Source: Octopus sinensis (Eukaryota). Taken from it: a stretch of DNA of 64,000 bases. A program made the translations under genes and the position numbers. Positions 12,233-27,318 of this stretch are shown here, one piece after another. The stretch is taken from assembly GCF_006345805.1 (NCBI RefSeq), contig NC_043002.1, forward strand, positions 116,126,001 through 116,190,000, read 5' to 3'. The notes below the pieces were generated by a model. That model searched no databases and had not been told where the DNA came from. It saw only the letters and a list, made by a program, of their open reading frames with translations. The first letter of the stretch is position 1; each line of letters starts with the position of its first letter.

Positions 12233-14893
12233 TAAGAAAGTTTGTTTGGTAAAGCACGTGGGTGAATATATAAGAAAATAGTAAAGTGTGAAAAAACGAC
12301 AGAAGGCTTAAATGTTAAAAAATATATATATTTGTGTCAAAATGTCTGGAGAATATTGGAAAAATTTTTTTTCCTTTCCTTAAAATGACATAATTTTAAA
12401 AATTTTTAAAGAAATTACCGGTTTCGCGTGTAGCTTTTCAAATTTCTTGTGACGTTATGTTTATATTGCATGGAATTATCGTTGTTTTTATTTCCAGGAG
12501 ATTTCTAAATAAGGGGAGGTAGTGAGTGATTTTTTCCGGTGTAGGGGAGATAATCGCTTAAAAATTTTTTTCCCTTTTCCTTGTTAATTTCTCTGTGTCA
12601 GTATGTTCGGATGGTTGAGTCTGGGTTTGTACTTTTCAATGAAGAATGTTTCCTTGTTCAGTCTCATTTGTGTTGATGATCCGAAAGCACATTGGTAAAA
12701 TGGGAAGATTAAAAATTGTGGCAGTAGTTGCTTTGCGCATTTCTCAATGTGCTCACTAAAAGGTATCATTCTATATTCTGGGAATGCAATCTGTTGTCGA
12801 TGCAGTGTGCATCTGCGCCTGAGTGATAGTCCCGTGGAACCCACGTAGTCTTGGTGGCAGCCCGAGCATTTAATAACATAAATTATGTTTTCAGAGGCAC
12901 AAGTAAAGTTAGATTTGATCTTAAATTTCTGTCCCTCTTTAAAGAAGAATTCTGATCCTTCCAATAGGTTAGGACATGTTGCACAGTTCGATCTACCACA
13001 TTTTTTTACTTTTGCATCCGTAATTTTAGAAGACAATTTTGCCTTTGTGAGAATCTTTTTAAGTGATTTAGGCTGTTTGTAGCTTTTAATGATTTGGTGT
13101 ATGTTTAGAATTTCCTTTAATTTTGGGTTTTTATGAAGTATTGGTAAATTCTGGGTGATGATGGTGAAGGCTTTCATTTGATGTAGTCAACTTGTATACC
13201 AGTATTCCTCATAATTATGGACTGGAGGCAATACAATTCTGGTTAGACCAATTTCCGGAAGAAATACCAAAAAGGATCAGTAAGGAATTCATTACTAAAT
13301 CAATTGAATTCATCCTACACAATAACCACTTCATGTTTGACAATACATTTTACCGTCAAAAATCCGGAATTGCTATGGGTACAAGGGCAGCACCAGTCAT
13401 TGCGAACTTAACAATGGGATACATGGAAATAATCATTTACCAGGAATCTCTATCAATCTTTGGAAACTCCCTCTCTCAATACATAAAAGAGAATTGGAAA
13501 CGATTCCTAGACGATTGTTTCATTCTCTGGAATGAAAACATAGATAAACTCCTAAAATTTAAAAACCTATTGAACAGCATAAACCCAAATATACAGTTCA
13601 CAATGGAATACAACCAAAAGGAGCTCCCGTTCTTGGATATACTAATTAAAAAAATTAACCTTAAAATAGAAACAGACATTTTTTACAAAGCCACAGACGC
13701 CAAACAATACCTTCTTTTTAATTCATGCCACCCAAGACACACTAAAACAAACATCCCCTTCAACCTTGCAAGAAGGATATGCACAATAGTGTCAGAACAA
13801 AATACCAGGAACTTTAGACTGCAAGAACTCAAAAACACCCTAATTGACAGACATTACCCAGCTCAACTCATAGAGGATGGGATCAGACGTGCAACAGAAA
13901 TCAACATAGAAACTTTAAGAAAAGTTCAACACAACAACACACCTTCCCCGAAAATACTACCTTACATATCTACATACAACCCCAGAAACAAAGAAGCCTT
14001 CACCATCATCACCCAGAATTTACCAATACTTCATAAAAACCCAAAATTAAAGGAAATTCTAAACATACACCAAATCATTAAAAGCTACAAACAGCCTAAA
14101 TCACTTAAAAAGATTCTCACAAAGGCAAAATTGTCTTCTAAAATTACGGATGCAAAAGTAAAAAAATGTGGTAGATCGAACTGTGCAACATGTCCTAACC
14201 TATTGGAAGGATCAGAATTCTTCTTTAAAGAGGGACAGAAATTTAAGATCAAATCTAACTTTACTTGTGCCTCTGAAAACATAATTTATGTTATTAAATG
14301 CTCGGGCTGCCACCAAGACTACGTGGGTTCCACGGGACTATCACTCAGGCGCAGATGCACACTGCATCGACAACAGATTGCATTCCCAGAATATAGAATG
14401 ATACCTTTTAGTGAGCACATTGAGAAATGCGCAAAGCAACTACTGCCACAATTTTTAATCTTCCCATTTTACCAATGTGCTTTCGGATCATCAACACAAA
14501 TGAGACTGAACAAGGAAACATTCTTCATTGAAAAGTACAAACCCAGACTCAACCATCCGAACATACTGACACAGAGAAATTAACAAGGAAAAGGGAAAAA
14601 AAATTTTTAAGCGATTATCTCCCCTACACCGGAAAAAATCACTCACTACCTCCCCTTATTTAGAAATCTCCTGGAAATAAAAACAACGATAATTCCATGC
14701 AATATAAACATAACGTCACAAGAAATTTGAAAAGCTACACGCGAAACCGGTAATTTCTTTAAAAATTTTTAAAATTATGTCATTTTAAGGAAAGGAAAAA
14801 AAATTTTTCCAATATTCTCCAGACATTTTGACACAAATATATATATTTTTTAACATTTAAGCCTTCTGTCGTTTTTTCACACTTTACTATTTT

Positions 14894-14931
<38 letters not shown>

Positions 14932-14956
14932 CGAATTGAACGTTAAAAATTGAATG

Positions 14957-14992
<36 letters not shown>

Positions 14993-15212
14993 TGTATTTT
15001 TACTAGATGTTATCTTAAAGCTATTATCACAATTGGAATTACTTTTACGTAAAATATCAAAATCTAGTTCAGGAAGATTATCATTTGAGTCAATTTCACA
15101 ATTCACACTATTGGTTCTACTTGTTTTTAGAGATCTTGAGTTGAGATACATACATACGTATGTACATACTTACGTACATACATACATACATACATACATA
15201 CATACATACATG

Positions 15213-15263
<51 letters not shown>

Positions 15264-17031
15264 ACAATCTCAGGATGCTGAGCCTTTCAGATGAGATGGC
15301 AAAGGACTGAGATACCTGGTGCCTTACCGTACTCAAGAAGATCCATCCTTCACTACAGAAGTTTTAAGGCTGCTCCTCCTGGTGAAGTGGATTGACCTGG
15401 AAGAATCCTGTTTTCTACAAACAAGTTCACCATATAACATCTGCTTAGGGATCCTCTGGCCAATGGACACATGCATGCACACACGCATATGATGGGCTTT
15501 AGTAATTTCTATCTACCAAATTCCACTCACAAAATATTGTTCTCTCTTTCTAACTGGGGCTGCTGTGGAATGCACTTGCTCAATATGCCACACAGTGTAG
15601 TTGATCCTAGAAACCACATGACTGCAAAGGAAATCTCTTAACCATACACAGGCGCAAGAGTGGCTGTGTGGTAAGTAGCTTGCTTATCAATCACATGGTT
15701 CGGGGTTCAGTCCCACTGTGTGGCACCTTGGGCAAGTGTCTTCTACTATAGCCTCGGGCTGATCAAAGCCTTGTGAGTGGATTTGGTAGACCGAAACTGA
15801 AAGAAGCTTGTCGTATTTATGTATATATATATGTGTGTGTGTATATATTTGTGTGTCTGTGTTTGTCCCCCCAACATTGATTGACAACCGATGCTGGTGT
15901 GTTTACGTCCCCGTAATTTAGCAGTTCGGCAAAAGTAACTGATAGAATAAGTACTAGGCTTACAAAGAATAAGTCCTGGGGTTGATTTGCTCAACTAAAA
16001 GGCAGTGCTCCAGCATGGCCACAATCAAATGACTGAAACAAGTAAAAGAGTATAACAGTCAATGTCTGCTTAAATCAGATTCATAGAAATGCAATACTTC
16101 TTGAAATTAGTCTGAATAATCCTAATCTTGGGATTAGTTGTCATAACAATAATCCCAAGGCCTTTTTGTTTTTACTTCATTATTCCTTTGTTCATTTTAC
16201 AAATAATTTCAAATCATTTTATCTCTTGCAATGTTTGTTTAAAATTTTGACTAACATTTTCTGATGTGTATGCGAGAGACATTTTTCTTCATTTTTTCCT
16301 TTGCGGGATGAGTTTGGACTAAATCATGAGAATGTTTTCTTCGATTGATACAATAAAAGAACAGGGTGAAGTAATATGGTTGTGTGTTTTCTTTGGATTC
16401 AACTATGTTCACTTGCAAGTGGCCATTTGATTAAGATGTTTGCTTCCCACCACGTCGTTTCAGTTTTGGTACCCATGTGTAGTAGCTTTGGTACCCCCCC
16501 CCACCACAACAACAACAATAATATCATCATTATTATTATTATCAACGTTATCATCATTTAAATTCTGTTATCCATACTGGCATGAGTTGAATGGTTTGAC
16601 CAGGGCTGGTAAGCTGAGGGGCTCATGTATTATTACTAGGTCTTATCTTAAAGCTATTATCACAATTGGAATTACTTTTACATAAAATATCAAAATCTAG
16701 TTCAGGAAAATTATCCAAAGAGTCAATTCAACAATTCACACTATTGGTTGTACTTGTCTGTCTAACATGTAAAATTCCTATTAGCAAATGAAACATGTGT
16801 AATGGTGAATAAATAATACCAATCAATTTTCCAACTTCGTCTTTTATTAGGCAATTGTTCTGCAAATAATATTTCCAGAATTTTCAACTTTAATATGTAC
16901 CTTGCACCTATACAGCAACAATAGAAACTACATAACGAATTGTAATAATGGAATAACTAGATGTGCTTTTAGAGGAAGCAGCTGACATTTTACATTATGT
17001 ACCTACATAATGTATGTACATACATATGTGT

Positions 17032-17099
<68 letters not shown>

Positions 17100-20000
17100 G
17101 TATACACACACACACACACACACATATATGTATACACACACACACATGGCCTGTATCCTTACTTGCTTGCCCTGAATATAAATATATGTATGTATGCCTG
17201 TGACAGACCATGCCTTTCTTTTGCTGGGCTAAAGTCTCATTTAGGACCCATGAAAAATGAACCTCTGTTCTGCCTATTTATCTGTGCACAACAAATTCAG
17301 AAGTGCTTTTCTTATCAGAACGATCAGAGTTTTCCGTGCTGCTGTACCTTTGTAGTCAGCATTAGACTCATCCAACTCTTTCCAAATCCTCAAATTGATG
17401 CCCAAACACTCTGAAATGTTCATATTGGAGCTTCCAGTACGAACACCAAACAGTACAGCATGTTTTTTCCAAATGTCTGGCAGAGTGAATTGCGTTGTGG
17501 TGCTGTTTTCCTCGCAGATGGTGCCCCCTAGTATACTATGTGGTCAACAAAATCAAAAACAAACATGCATACACAAGATTAAAAATATAAAATGACAACA
17601 ATTTACCCATCGCACCTTGTATATATGGGTATATGGGTATATGGGTATATGGGTATATGGGTATATTCATTCATAACCATATAAACATACAAATATATAT
17701 ATCTATAGAGATACAGTTACATATATATACATATATGTGTATATATATACATACATACATTTTTCCTGTGTTAAGGCTTCTACACATACATATGCATGTG
17801 CACACACACACACACATATACAAAGATACATATACACATATATATTTACATCATATATATATATGGACATATGCTTATGTATATATATATGTATATATAT
17901 ATATGTTTATAAACATATTCGTACACGCACATATCTGTAGGCTTCATGAAGATAACAAGCCACATGAGGAGGAGTTTCGTAACATTTTTGTTACTGAAGA
18001 TACAATTGAAGTTAAATTAATTTCATACCCAAAGACACTCACTAGCACACATATGAATGCAGTGCATAAACACACACATTTACATACTCAAAATAAGACA
18101 TACATGTACATATACATATACACACACAAATCTATATACTAGCAGGAAATATGCAGGTGCAGGAGTGATAGTAATCTTAATTAATTGAACTTAGAAAAGT
18201 TCAGAACAAGAAGCGAAAGCTTAAAAATATTGCAGCTGAAGTTTGAATTTGAATTTAAATTTATCATTTAAATTCAAATTCCTACTACATTTTAATTAGG
18301 TTATTGATGGGAAAAAAATTGTGTTTAGATTAACACATTGAACATGGAAAGTAGATGTGTTCATTCGAAATTTTGTTACTATTAACTGTGGGAACTGGTT
18401 TTATCGCATAGCTTTGAAAAAGTCTCTTCTTACCTCTCTGACACTTTTATAAAAGACACTTTTTAGATTTTCTTAATGTCTACACATATTTCCTCAAATA
18501 TCTAATTTTTTTGACTAATGGATATATGTCAATTAGAGTGTTGAGTAAAGCATGTTCATAGTTTGGGCTACCTGGTGTCATCCAGAGTTGGGGTATATTT
18601 CCATTGGATGTACTCTAGGAATTCCACAGTGTTAGTTGAGATAATAATTGATGAAGGAAATGGAAGATATATTTGGTACTAGTCTTTATTCAGTATGTCA
18701 GTCATTTTGACCCCTCCTGTGACTGTTCCTTATGGGTGGGATGATATGCAGCCAATTGTGTTGCATCGATCAGTGCAGTCTGGGTCACATCAGGTACATG
18801 CATACATAAAGCAGTGTCTCATTAAATATATTGAGTTCTTGCAGGCATGTTGTTGTTTACCCACTGTATCTTGGTTATCACCAGTGAATGGGGCTACAAT
18901 TATTTCCTTCATGAATTATTATTATTTCATCAAATATATCTTTTAATATATCTTCATCAAAGATACTTTTAGTGTTTGATAGGAAATTCATACCTACAGG
19001 AGATATTGAAAAATTATTACAGAAGCAGAAAATACCAATTCTAGTTTTTGAAGGATAATTAACATTGTTACAGGAATAACGATGAAATTTAATTATGCAG
19101 CCAAAGAGTTATTTATAGAGAAGACTGGTGTGTGCCTGTGCAAGTATGCTGGTAAAGTGAGGTGGATGTCTGATTGAGATTGTATTGAGTGTTTTCTGCT
19201 GAGTCTGATGGAGATAAATCAAATTTTGTCCACTTTGGAGAAGGGAGGTTTGTTGGTCAAGACATGAGTGCTAGTTGGGTGGGAATTTATGGGTATCAAA
19301 ATCTGAAAATTGTTGCACTTCCAGAGCATTTTGAGCTTAGATTCCAAATTCTTTTCCTTTAGCAGGGATAAACTTTCCTTTTTTAATGGTTGGGAAGGTT
19401 AGCCCTCATTAAAAAGCACTACACCATATATTTCTTTTTATTTCTGAGCTGACAGTATACCACTTACGACTTGATCTGTTACTTCCTCTACCTCTTTGAA
19501 TGAATTCATATTTCTGTATGCCTAAATGTTAGTTCAGCTATAGCTGGAAAAAAGTGAGAGGAAAGTAGCAGAATATTTTTGAATTTTGAAAGACAGATTA
19601 TATCTCCATCATATGTGAGTGCTTTAACTCTCTCCCATCATCCATCATATCTTATTTTATTTATGACTAAATATAGGAAGTTCCATAGTGAATGTTCTTC
19701 ATAGAGAGAGTTAGAATCTAAAGCAGGTTTTATACATTTACATTTGAATAGAACTAAAAACAAAATATTTTCTTATTTGAAATACAATTTTAGCTGCAAT
19801 ATTTTTCAGCTTCCACTTTCTGTCTTAAACTTTTCCAAGTTCAATTAAGAATATTATCACTCCATCACCCACATTTTCCACCTTGTCCACTCTTTCTGCA
19901 GCCCAATAATAATTGTTAATGCAAGCAAAACTTGGAATGTTTAAAATGCGGAAAAAAAATTGACTTTTTTCTCAATAAGTTTAAGCTATAGTGAAAAAGT

Positions 20001-20304
20001 AAATTTCGTAAATTGGCAAAAGTAAATTCTATAAAAATACCAATTAGGAACCTGAGATGAAAGAAAAAAACCTAATAAAGCAGCAGTAGATAAATTAAAT
20101 GAAGCTAACCAGAAGCAGTACAAGAAATATAAGTCAACCAGTTTCACACAAAAGAGGTTTGATTGTGATCAGTTTCTTGAGAAACACTTTGAGCACATCG
20201 TGAATCTCCACATTGCTATGGTGCTGGGCAAATAAGTTTTGGATCATATTGATTCTTTTTAAACACAGTAATTTGCCTAACCTCCCCTCAATCTTCACAA
20301 CACA

Positions 20305-20341
<37 letters not shown>

Positions 20342-20601
20342 CACAATCAACCTCTTTCAGGTTCCATCTACCAAATCCACTCACAAGCTTTTGGACACTT
20401 GCCCAAGGTGATATGCAGAGGGACTGAACCCAGAACCATGTGGATGGAAAGCAAATTTCTTACCACAGGATTATGCCTGCACACATGCATGCATGCACAC
20501 ACATACAGAGAGAGAGAGAGAGAGTGAGAGAGAGAGAAAGGCTTCATGATGTAAACAGGAAAAATAAATGCAAACAAAACATGAATGTATATATATAAAT
20601 A

Positions 20602-20667
<66 letters not shown>

Positions 20668-23600
20668 GTATATTTACCAGAAGCGATGAAGAGACTCAAG
20701 GATGAAGATTTTTGTGCATTAGCGCTCATCATGCATTAGCACTTGTATATCTGTATTCACACACACTTACATGTACGTATATATATATGCAAGCACGCTT
20801 CAGTATATTCTCAGACATACGCACATCCATATGTATATACATACAAAAGCATATTCAAACATATGTGAAAACATACATACACAACACACATATGTACATT
20901 TCTAAACACACGTATACACACGCATACTTGTGGAACATAATTTCATATAAGCACATTATGTTTGTGCAAACATGTATATATGAAGCTATGCTGATATATC
21001 ACAATATATATAAATATTGAAAGGAAATTAAAAATATTAAAGTGAATAAAAAAATTAATTAAAAAGTTTTTAAAAATATTGTTTTACTACCGCATCGCCT
21101 TACTAGCACTTGTGCTAGTGGCACGTGAAACATTCGAGTGAGGTCGTTGCCATTGCCGCTGGACTGGCTCCTGTGCAGGTGGCACATAAAAAGCACCATT
21201 TGGGCATGGCTGTTGCCAGTACCACCAAACTGGCCCTCGTGCCGGTGGCACGTAAGAGCACCCACTACACTCTCAGAGTGGTTGGCATTAGGAAGGGCAT
21301 CCAGCTGTAGAAACTCTGCCAGATCAGATTGGAGTCTGGTTCACCAGACCTCAGTCAAATTGTCCAACCCATGCTAGCATGGAAAGCGGACGTTAAATGA
21401 TGATGATCTGTAGTGCTATAAAAGCAGATCATTAATATTCCATTTCATTAATTGCTGAATAGATGAATCTACTTTTGTCTGTCTGTCTGTCTTTCCCTCT
21501 GTTTCTTTTTCTTTACGGTCAAAGGAGTTACTTTCAAACCTATGAAGCAAAGTCCACCAAGTTACTTTTGTAGTCAGGAAAGCAGTGTATTAGTAATTGG
21601 TCTGTTGGACACATGTAGCCAATGATGTAACAAGTTTCCAACAGAAATAACAAACTCAATGTGTATTACAACCATGTAACTTCCCTTTCTTGCTGTATCA
21701 TGTAATTTTAAATATTCTGAAGGATTTTGCACATTTACACTGTTGAAGCTGTTTCTGTCCAAGTGTTGGGTTACAATTTTTAATCAAAGTCATTTTGAAG
21801 AATTTGGTTAACAGCTGATATCTGGAAAGGGTTAAATGTTTAAATAAAATGTCTCTAAAATTTAGCACTACCATCAGAGGTAAGCCATGTAAATTGAAGA
21901 CAAGCAATTGTGATATCTGAAGTATTAAAAAACGAAAGAGTTAAATAATGAAAGTTGATAGTGTTCAGGAATAGACTGGGCAGCTTTAGGCCTGTGATAG
22001 CATTGGACTTATGGCATTGTTATATGGTGACATTGATTATGACTATAAAAGGATGTTGGTGGTTAAGAATGGGTTCAATAAGTATTACAATTATGGTCTT
22101 TTTTTTCCTTTATAATTTCCAGGTACAATGGGCAAAGCATGTTGGCTGCCATGTAATTGGAACATGTTCATCTGATGAAAAAGTTGAATTTCTAAAGGTA
22201 GGATCCAAAAGTTAACCAAAATTGTTACAAAAATCATTATATATAATTATGCAAGTCAGGAGACCAAGGCTTCACATTCTTTCTATGTTCACTTATTGAT
22301 TTTATTACAATCCAATCTATGACTCCATTTAGATAATTCATCCTTTTTATTAATCTGGTTCATCTTTCGTCCTGATTATTGATATTACAGTTAAGGGAAT
22401 ATATTCCAAACCTGTTTTTTTAACTTTGAGATCAAGTGTTTTTGTTTTAACTATATTCATTGACAACCTGTTGCTTTTATGTCGTTCCCTCTTGTATAGT
22501 GTGTGTATATAGACACACACTATTAGTAATAGTCCTTTTCTAAATGTTTTCAGTGATTACACTACATAATAGAAAATTGCTTCAGATGATTTTTGTATTA
22601 TTTTTACATATTTCCATGATAGTAAAATTCTTTTTATAATAGCATTAATATTTTTAAAGTTACATCAAGAATTATATTCTGTCATGTGTAACATTGTCTG
22701 TATTCAAAATACATTCATATCTAACTTCTGTTTCTATGTAAAACTTACCAGAATAAAAAATAGTAAACTTTATTGATGTCGATTTGTTGAAATATTCATA
22801 CGATGAGTTACTAGTAATATAACATCAAACAATAGACTGCCTGGAAAAACTCAAGAAAATATGCTTAAGTATTTATAAATAATTGATGATGATGAACTTC
22901 TTATTGTTCTGGAACATTCTATGGTATATAGTAATGTTTTACAAGTATTCATATAAGTTGTTTTTTTTGAAAACAGTAAGACAAAAATTAAAAAGAAGAA
23001 TCACAAAGATTTTCAATATTCTTCTTGTGTCACATTTGTTAACCTTGAATACAACATAATAAATTTTGTGTTTAAGTGTTACAGATAATATAATGATGGC
23101 TTCTGGGCACTGCAAGATATCTGCTTACTGATATTGTTATATTGATCCAAAACAAATCAAATATGTTATTTTGCAGAGTACCAAATATTATCTTGCAGGT
23201 GAAGATTATTTTGGCTATCTGATTGGAGACCAGGGCAAGCCATGATCATCTCATGTAATCTGTGATGGTTGCATATCTACACTATAGGGTTGGATGCATG
23301 ACAGAAAGAAAAGTATGCTCTTTGCTCTTCTGAAATCTGGCAAGAACTAGTAAACCATTTAAATGATAGTTTATTTCTATATGGTGGATACATCTACTTA
23401 TAAAGAACCACAAGATAAGAAGAATCTGGTTTATCTTGATATCTCATCTTCAGTTCCACCAATTTGTTTAAGTTTTTAATGAACATATGAAGTTGACATT
23501 AAACTGTTGGATCATGATGAAGGTTGAGAAGAAGAGTAAGCAACATATTTCTACAAGGAACTCCACTTCCCAAACCAACAAGAACTTGATGACCTTGACA

Positions 23601-24486
23601 CTCTGTACACTTGAAAGAAAATTACAAAAATACAAGACTATGAAAGTTTTGCTTGAAAAGATCATGATGACTACAAGAATGGTATTTGGTGATTTTTAGA
23701 TGTTAGGATTCTTACTCAGATTGCAAGTTGAATATATGAACAGCCTTGCATTTGACCTTTCTACTATTGGCACAAGGTCTGAAATTTTGAGATAGGGGGC
23801 TAGTTGATAACATTAACTCAGTGCTCAACTGGTACTTATCTTATAGACATTGAAAGGACGAAAGACAAAGTCCACCTTGGTGGAATTTGAACTGAAAATG
23901 TTAGGATGGATGGAATGCCACTGATAATTTTGCCCGGTGTTCTAATGATTCTACTAGCTCACTACCTTAATAATAATAATAGCAATAATAATAATAATAA
24001 TAATACTTTTTGTCTTGGTATAAAAGATGGGCTACAGCAAATATTCTGCTCAATACCACAGATTTGTTTGTCAGTTGTTTGACCTTAAACAGTTGAACAT
24101 GTCCCTTAGTGGCTGACGATATGTGCATCTCTGATCACGAGCAGTAGTAGTTGGGGAGCATCATAGCCATGTGTTGAAAGGAATTCTTGGAGGTTTAGAT
24201 AATTCACCTTTGGAAACATGGGTGGTTTGTTCAACATCCTTAAAGAACCCTTATTCAAGAACCTTTTGAGTGGGATGGGCTACTCGACCAGAAGAAAATT
24301 CTAACTGGGCCCCACCTGCAAGGTCATGCACTGGTTATCTTGATATGAGATCACCATGTCGCACATATATGGTTGTGATGCATGTGCCTGGTGTACCCTT
24401 ATCAGACAGGTAGTCATGATGGGTATACTGGGCTTCGTATATTTTACCCCAGTGTCACTTTGATGGCATGCACTGCTCTCTCACTC

Positions 24487-24524
<38 letters not shown>

Positions 24525-26662
24525 TAATAATGCTTTCTACTAGAGGCACTAAGCCTGAAATTTTAGGAGTGGGGCTAATCAGTTACAATGATCCCTGTAC
24601 TTCACATTTCATTGACCCCGAAAGAATGAAAGGTAAAGTTGACCTCTGTGGAATTTGAACTCAGAATATAAATACAGATGAAATGCAGTTAAGCATTTTG
24701 TGCAGCATGTTAACAATACCAATCTTTTAGTATCCGTCTTCCATGCTGGCATCGGTTGGACTGTTTGACATATTCCAACAGGTCCAACGACTGTTTCATG
24801 TTCCAGCTTCTACAGCTGGATGCTCTTCCCAATGTCAGCTACGATACAAACTGTAGTGAGTGCTTTGTTTATGGCTGCAACGTGAGTAAGAGAGTCACGC
24901 AGCTTGCAAGTGTGAGATTCCTTCCAAATGACTGGTTCTACAGTAAAGAGGGAGGTGGCTTTATGAGGGAAGGTAAGAGGTTAGAGTATGAGAGAAAGGG
25001 CTAGAAGAGAATAGATTTCTTGCTGTAGAGGAGCTGCATGGCCATTCACATTATAGAAGAGAGGATGAAGGTAACAGGTGGGGGGGGGGAGCACAGAAGA
25101 AAAATAAAATAGTGGCTCCACTTGCCTAAATTGAGAGGTCACAGCTCTGGTACTATACTCTTACTCTCTTTATTCTTTTACTTGTTTCAGTCATTTGACT
25201 GTGGCCATGCTGGAGCACTGCCTTTTAGTTGAGCAAATCGACCCCAGGACTTATTCTTTGTAAGCCTAGTACTTATTTTATCGGTCTCTTTTGCCAAACC
25301 GCTAAGTTACAGAGATGTAAACACACCAGCATTGGTTGTCAAGCGATGTTGGGGTGACAAACACAGACACACAAACATATACACACACGTATATATATAT
25401 ATATATATGTATATACATGTATACGATGGCCTTCTTTCAATTTCCGTCTACCAAATCCACTCACAAGGCTTTGGTTGGCCCGAGGCTATAGTAGAAGACA
25501 CTTGCCCAAGGTGTGAACCCGGAACTATGTGGTTGGTAAGCAAGCTACTTACCACACAGCCACTCCTACGCCTATGGGCATATGATTAAAATGCTGCAGG
25601 AAAGAATCACAAAACAGATTCTTCAAGTCAAACCAGTTGGCAGGAGACCTTGTGAGGTAGATCAAGAATGAGGTTGGATAATATCCATAGTCTTAATTGA
25701 TCAATCTTAGAAATCCAGCTGAAAAATGTAATGAGAGTTGCTTATGATAGGTGCACCCTATGGAGGAGGTATCACCCCCACAACCCTCACAGGAATAGTG
25801 GGTAGAGAAGATGGATGGATGGAAACACATGAAACTAGTTTGTCTTAGATATACAATGTATATCTTTTTTATGTTATCCATGTCTTCTGTTATATTTTAT
25901 GGATTTTAATGCTACAAAACATTACATAAGACCACTAAATGTCATTAAAAAATTCCAAAAAATTTTGTCGATCATTACGAATTGTAGGTATAATTGTTCT
26001 TGCAGATTATTGTTTTACTTGCCTAAATAATGCAAATTATTTCATTCTTCTGGTGTGTCCTATGGTATTTCAATCTGGATTAGTGGTGGTTCTGTATGGT
26101 GCACAGGATGGGTAGTGGCACTTCAAACAATGAACCAATACCTCCAGTGCACTAAGAGAACCAATTATCTACATTATCTACTTTGGAATGTTGCCATATC
26201 ATTTTAGATTAATGACATGCTGTGAAGGAATAATCAATTGAATGTTATTCTCATAAATTTAGGATATGTAGGATGTCATAGTTGTTATACTGGCAAATTA
26301 AATCACCTCCAGTAGATTTCTTGACATAATCTCATGGGCCTCATTTGTTAAAGTCTATAATAAATTAATCACTTGATCATCATTATCTACTGAGAGTGAT
26401 ATATAAAATGTATTCACTTCAAATGCATTATATATAACAGACATGGAAATGTTATAACTGCATTGCTTATAAAGGTTATAACTTGCTATAATGTATCTTG
26501 GGAAGTCTTTTTCTTTTAAAGACCAGAATAGGAAATGGAAGTTAAATGTTCAGATAAATTTGAATATGGGCTTTGATAATTTCTCTTTCTACTGAAAGGA
26601 GAGAACAGTTATATATATGTGAGGGTGTGTATGCATGTGTGCATGTATGTGTTATGTGTGTG

Positions 26663-26706
<44 letters not shown>

Positions 26707-27035
26707 AGGAGCACTCCATCGGTTGCGACGACGACGAGGTTCCCAGCTGATACGATCAACGGGACAGCTTACTTGTGAAATTAACGTGCAAGTGGCTGAG
26801 CACTCCACAGACACGTGTACCCTTAATGTAGTTCTCAGGGAGATTCAGCGTGACAAGGCTGACTCTTTGAAATACAAGTACTACTCATTGTCAGCTGAGT
26901 GGACTGGAGCAATGTGAAATAAAGTGTCTTGCTCAAGGGCACAATGTTCCACTGGGAATTGAACTCACAACCTTACGATCATGAGCCGAATGCCCCTAAC
27001 CACTAAGCCACACACCTTCACACACATATATATAT

Positions 27036-27068
<33 letters not shown>

Positions 27069-27278
27069 AATATGTGCGCATGTCTGTATACATACAGACA
27101 CACAGATATGGTTATATGGTCGAGAAGTTTATTTCTTACCCACATGGTTTTGGGCTCTGTCTCAGTATGTGACATTTTTGGCAAGTGTCTTCTACCAAAG
27201 CCCTGGGACCAACCAAAACCTTTTGAGTGATTTTGTAGATGCTAGCTGAAAGAAGCCCATTGTATGCATGTGTGTGTA

Positions 27279-27318
<40 letters not shown>

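Larger units (their letters stand above)
12231..14901 (+). mobile_element. Young 5'-truncated Penelope-like element with an inverted copy of its 3' half at the 5' end
   Basis: 12266-13173 is the reverse complement of 13994-14901; RT plus GIY-YIG ORF at 13174-14583; (TA)n on both flanks. Confidence 0.93.

Noticed and set aside
12584-13177. 197-aa minus-strand ORF as an independent gene
   Set aside because: It is the inverted duplicate of the PLE GIY-YIG region
20100-20280. Coding-looking stretch (KLNEANQKQY...FEHIVNLHIA)
   Set aside because: Interrupted by stops, does not fit the PTGR3 exon chain, and no family recognised
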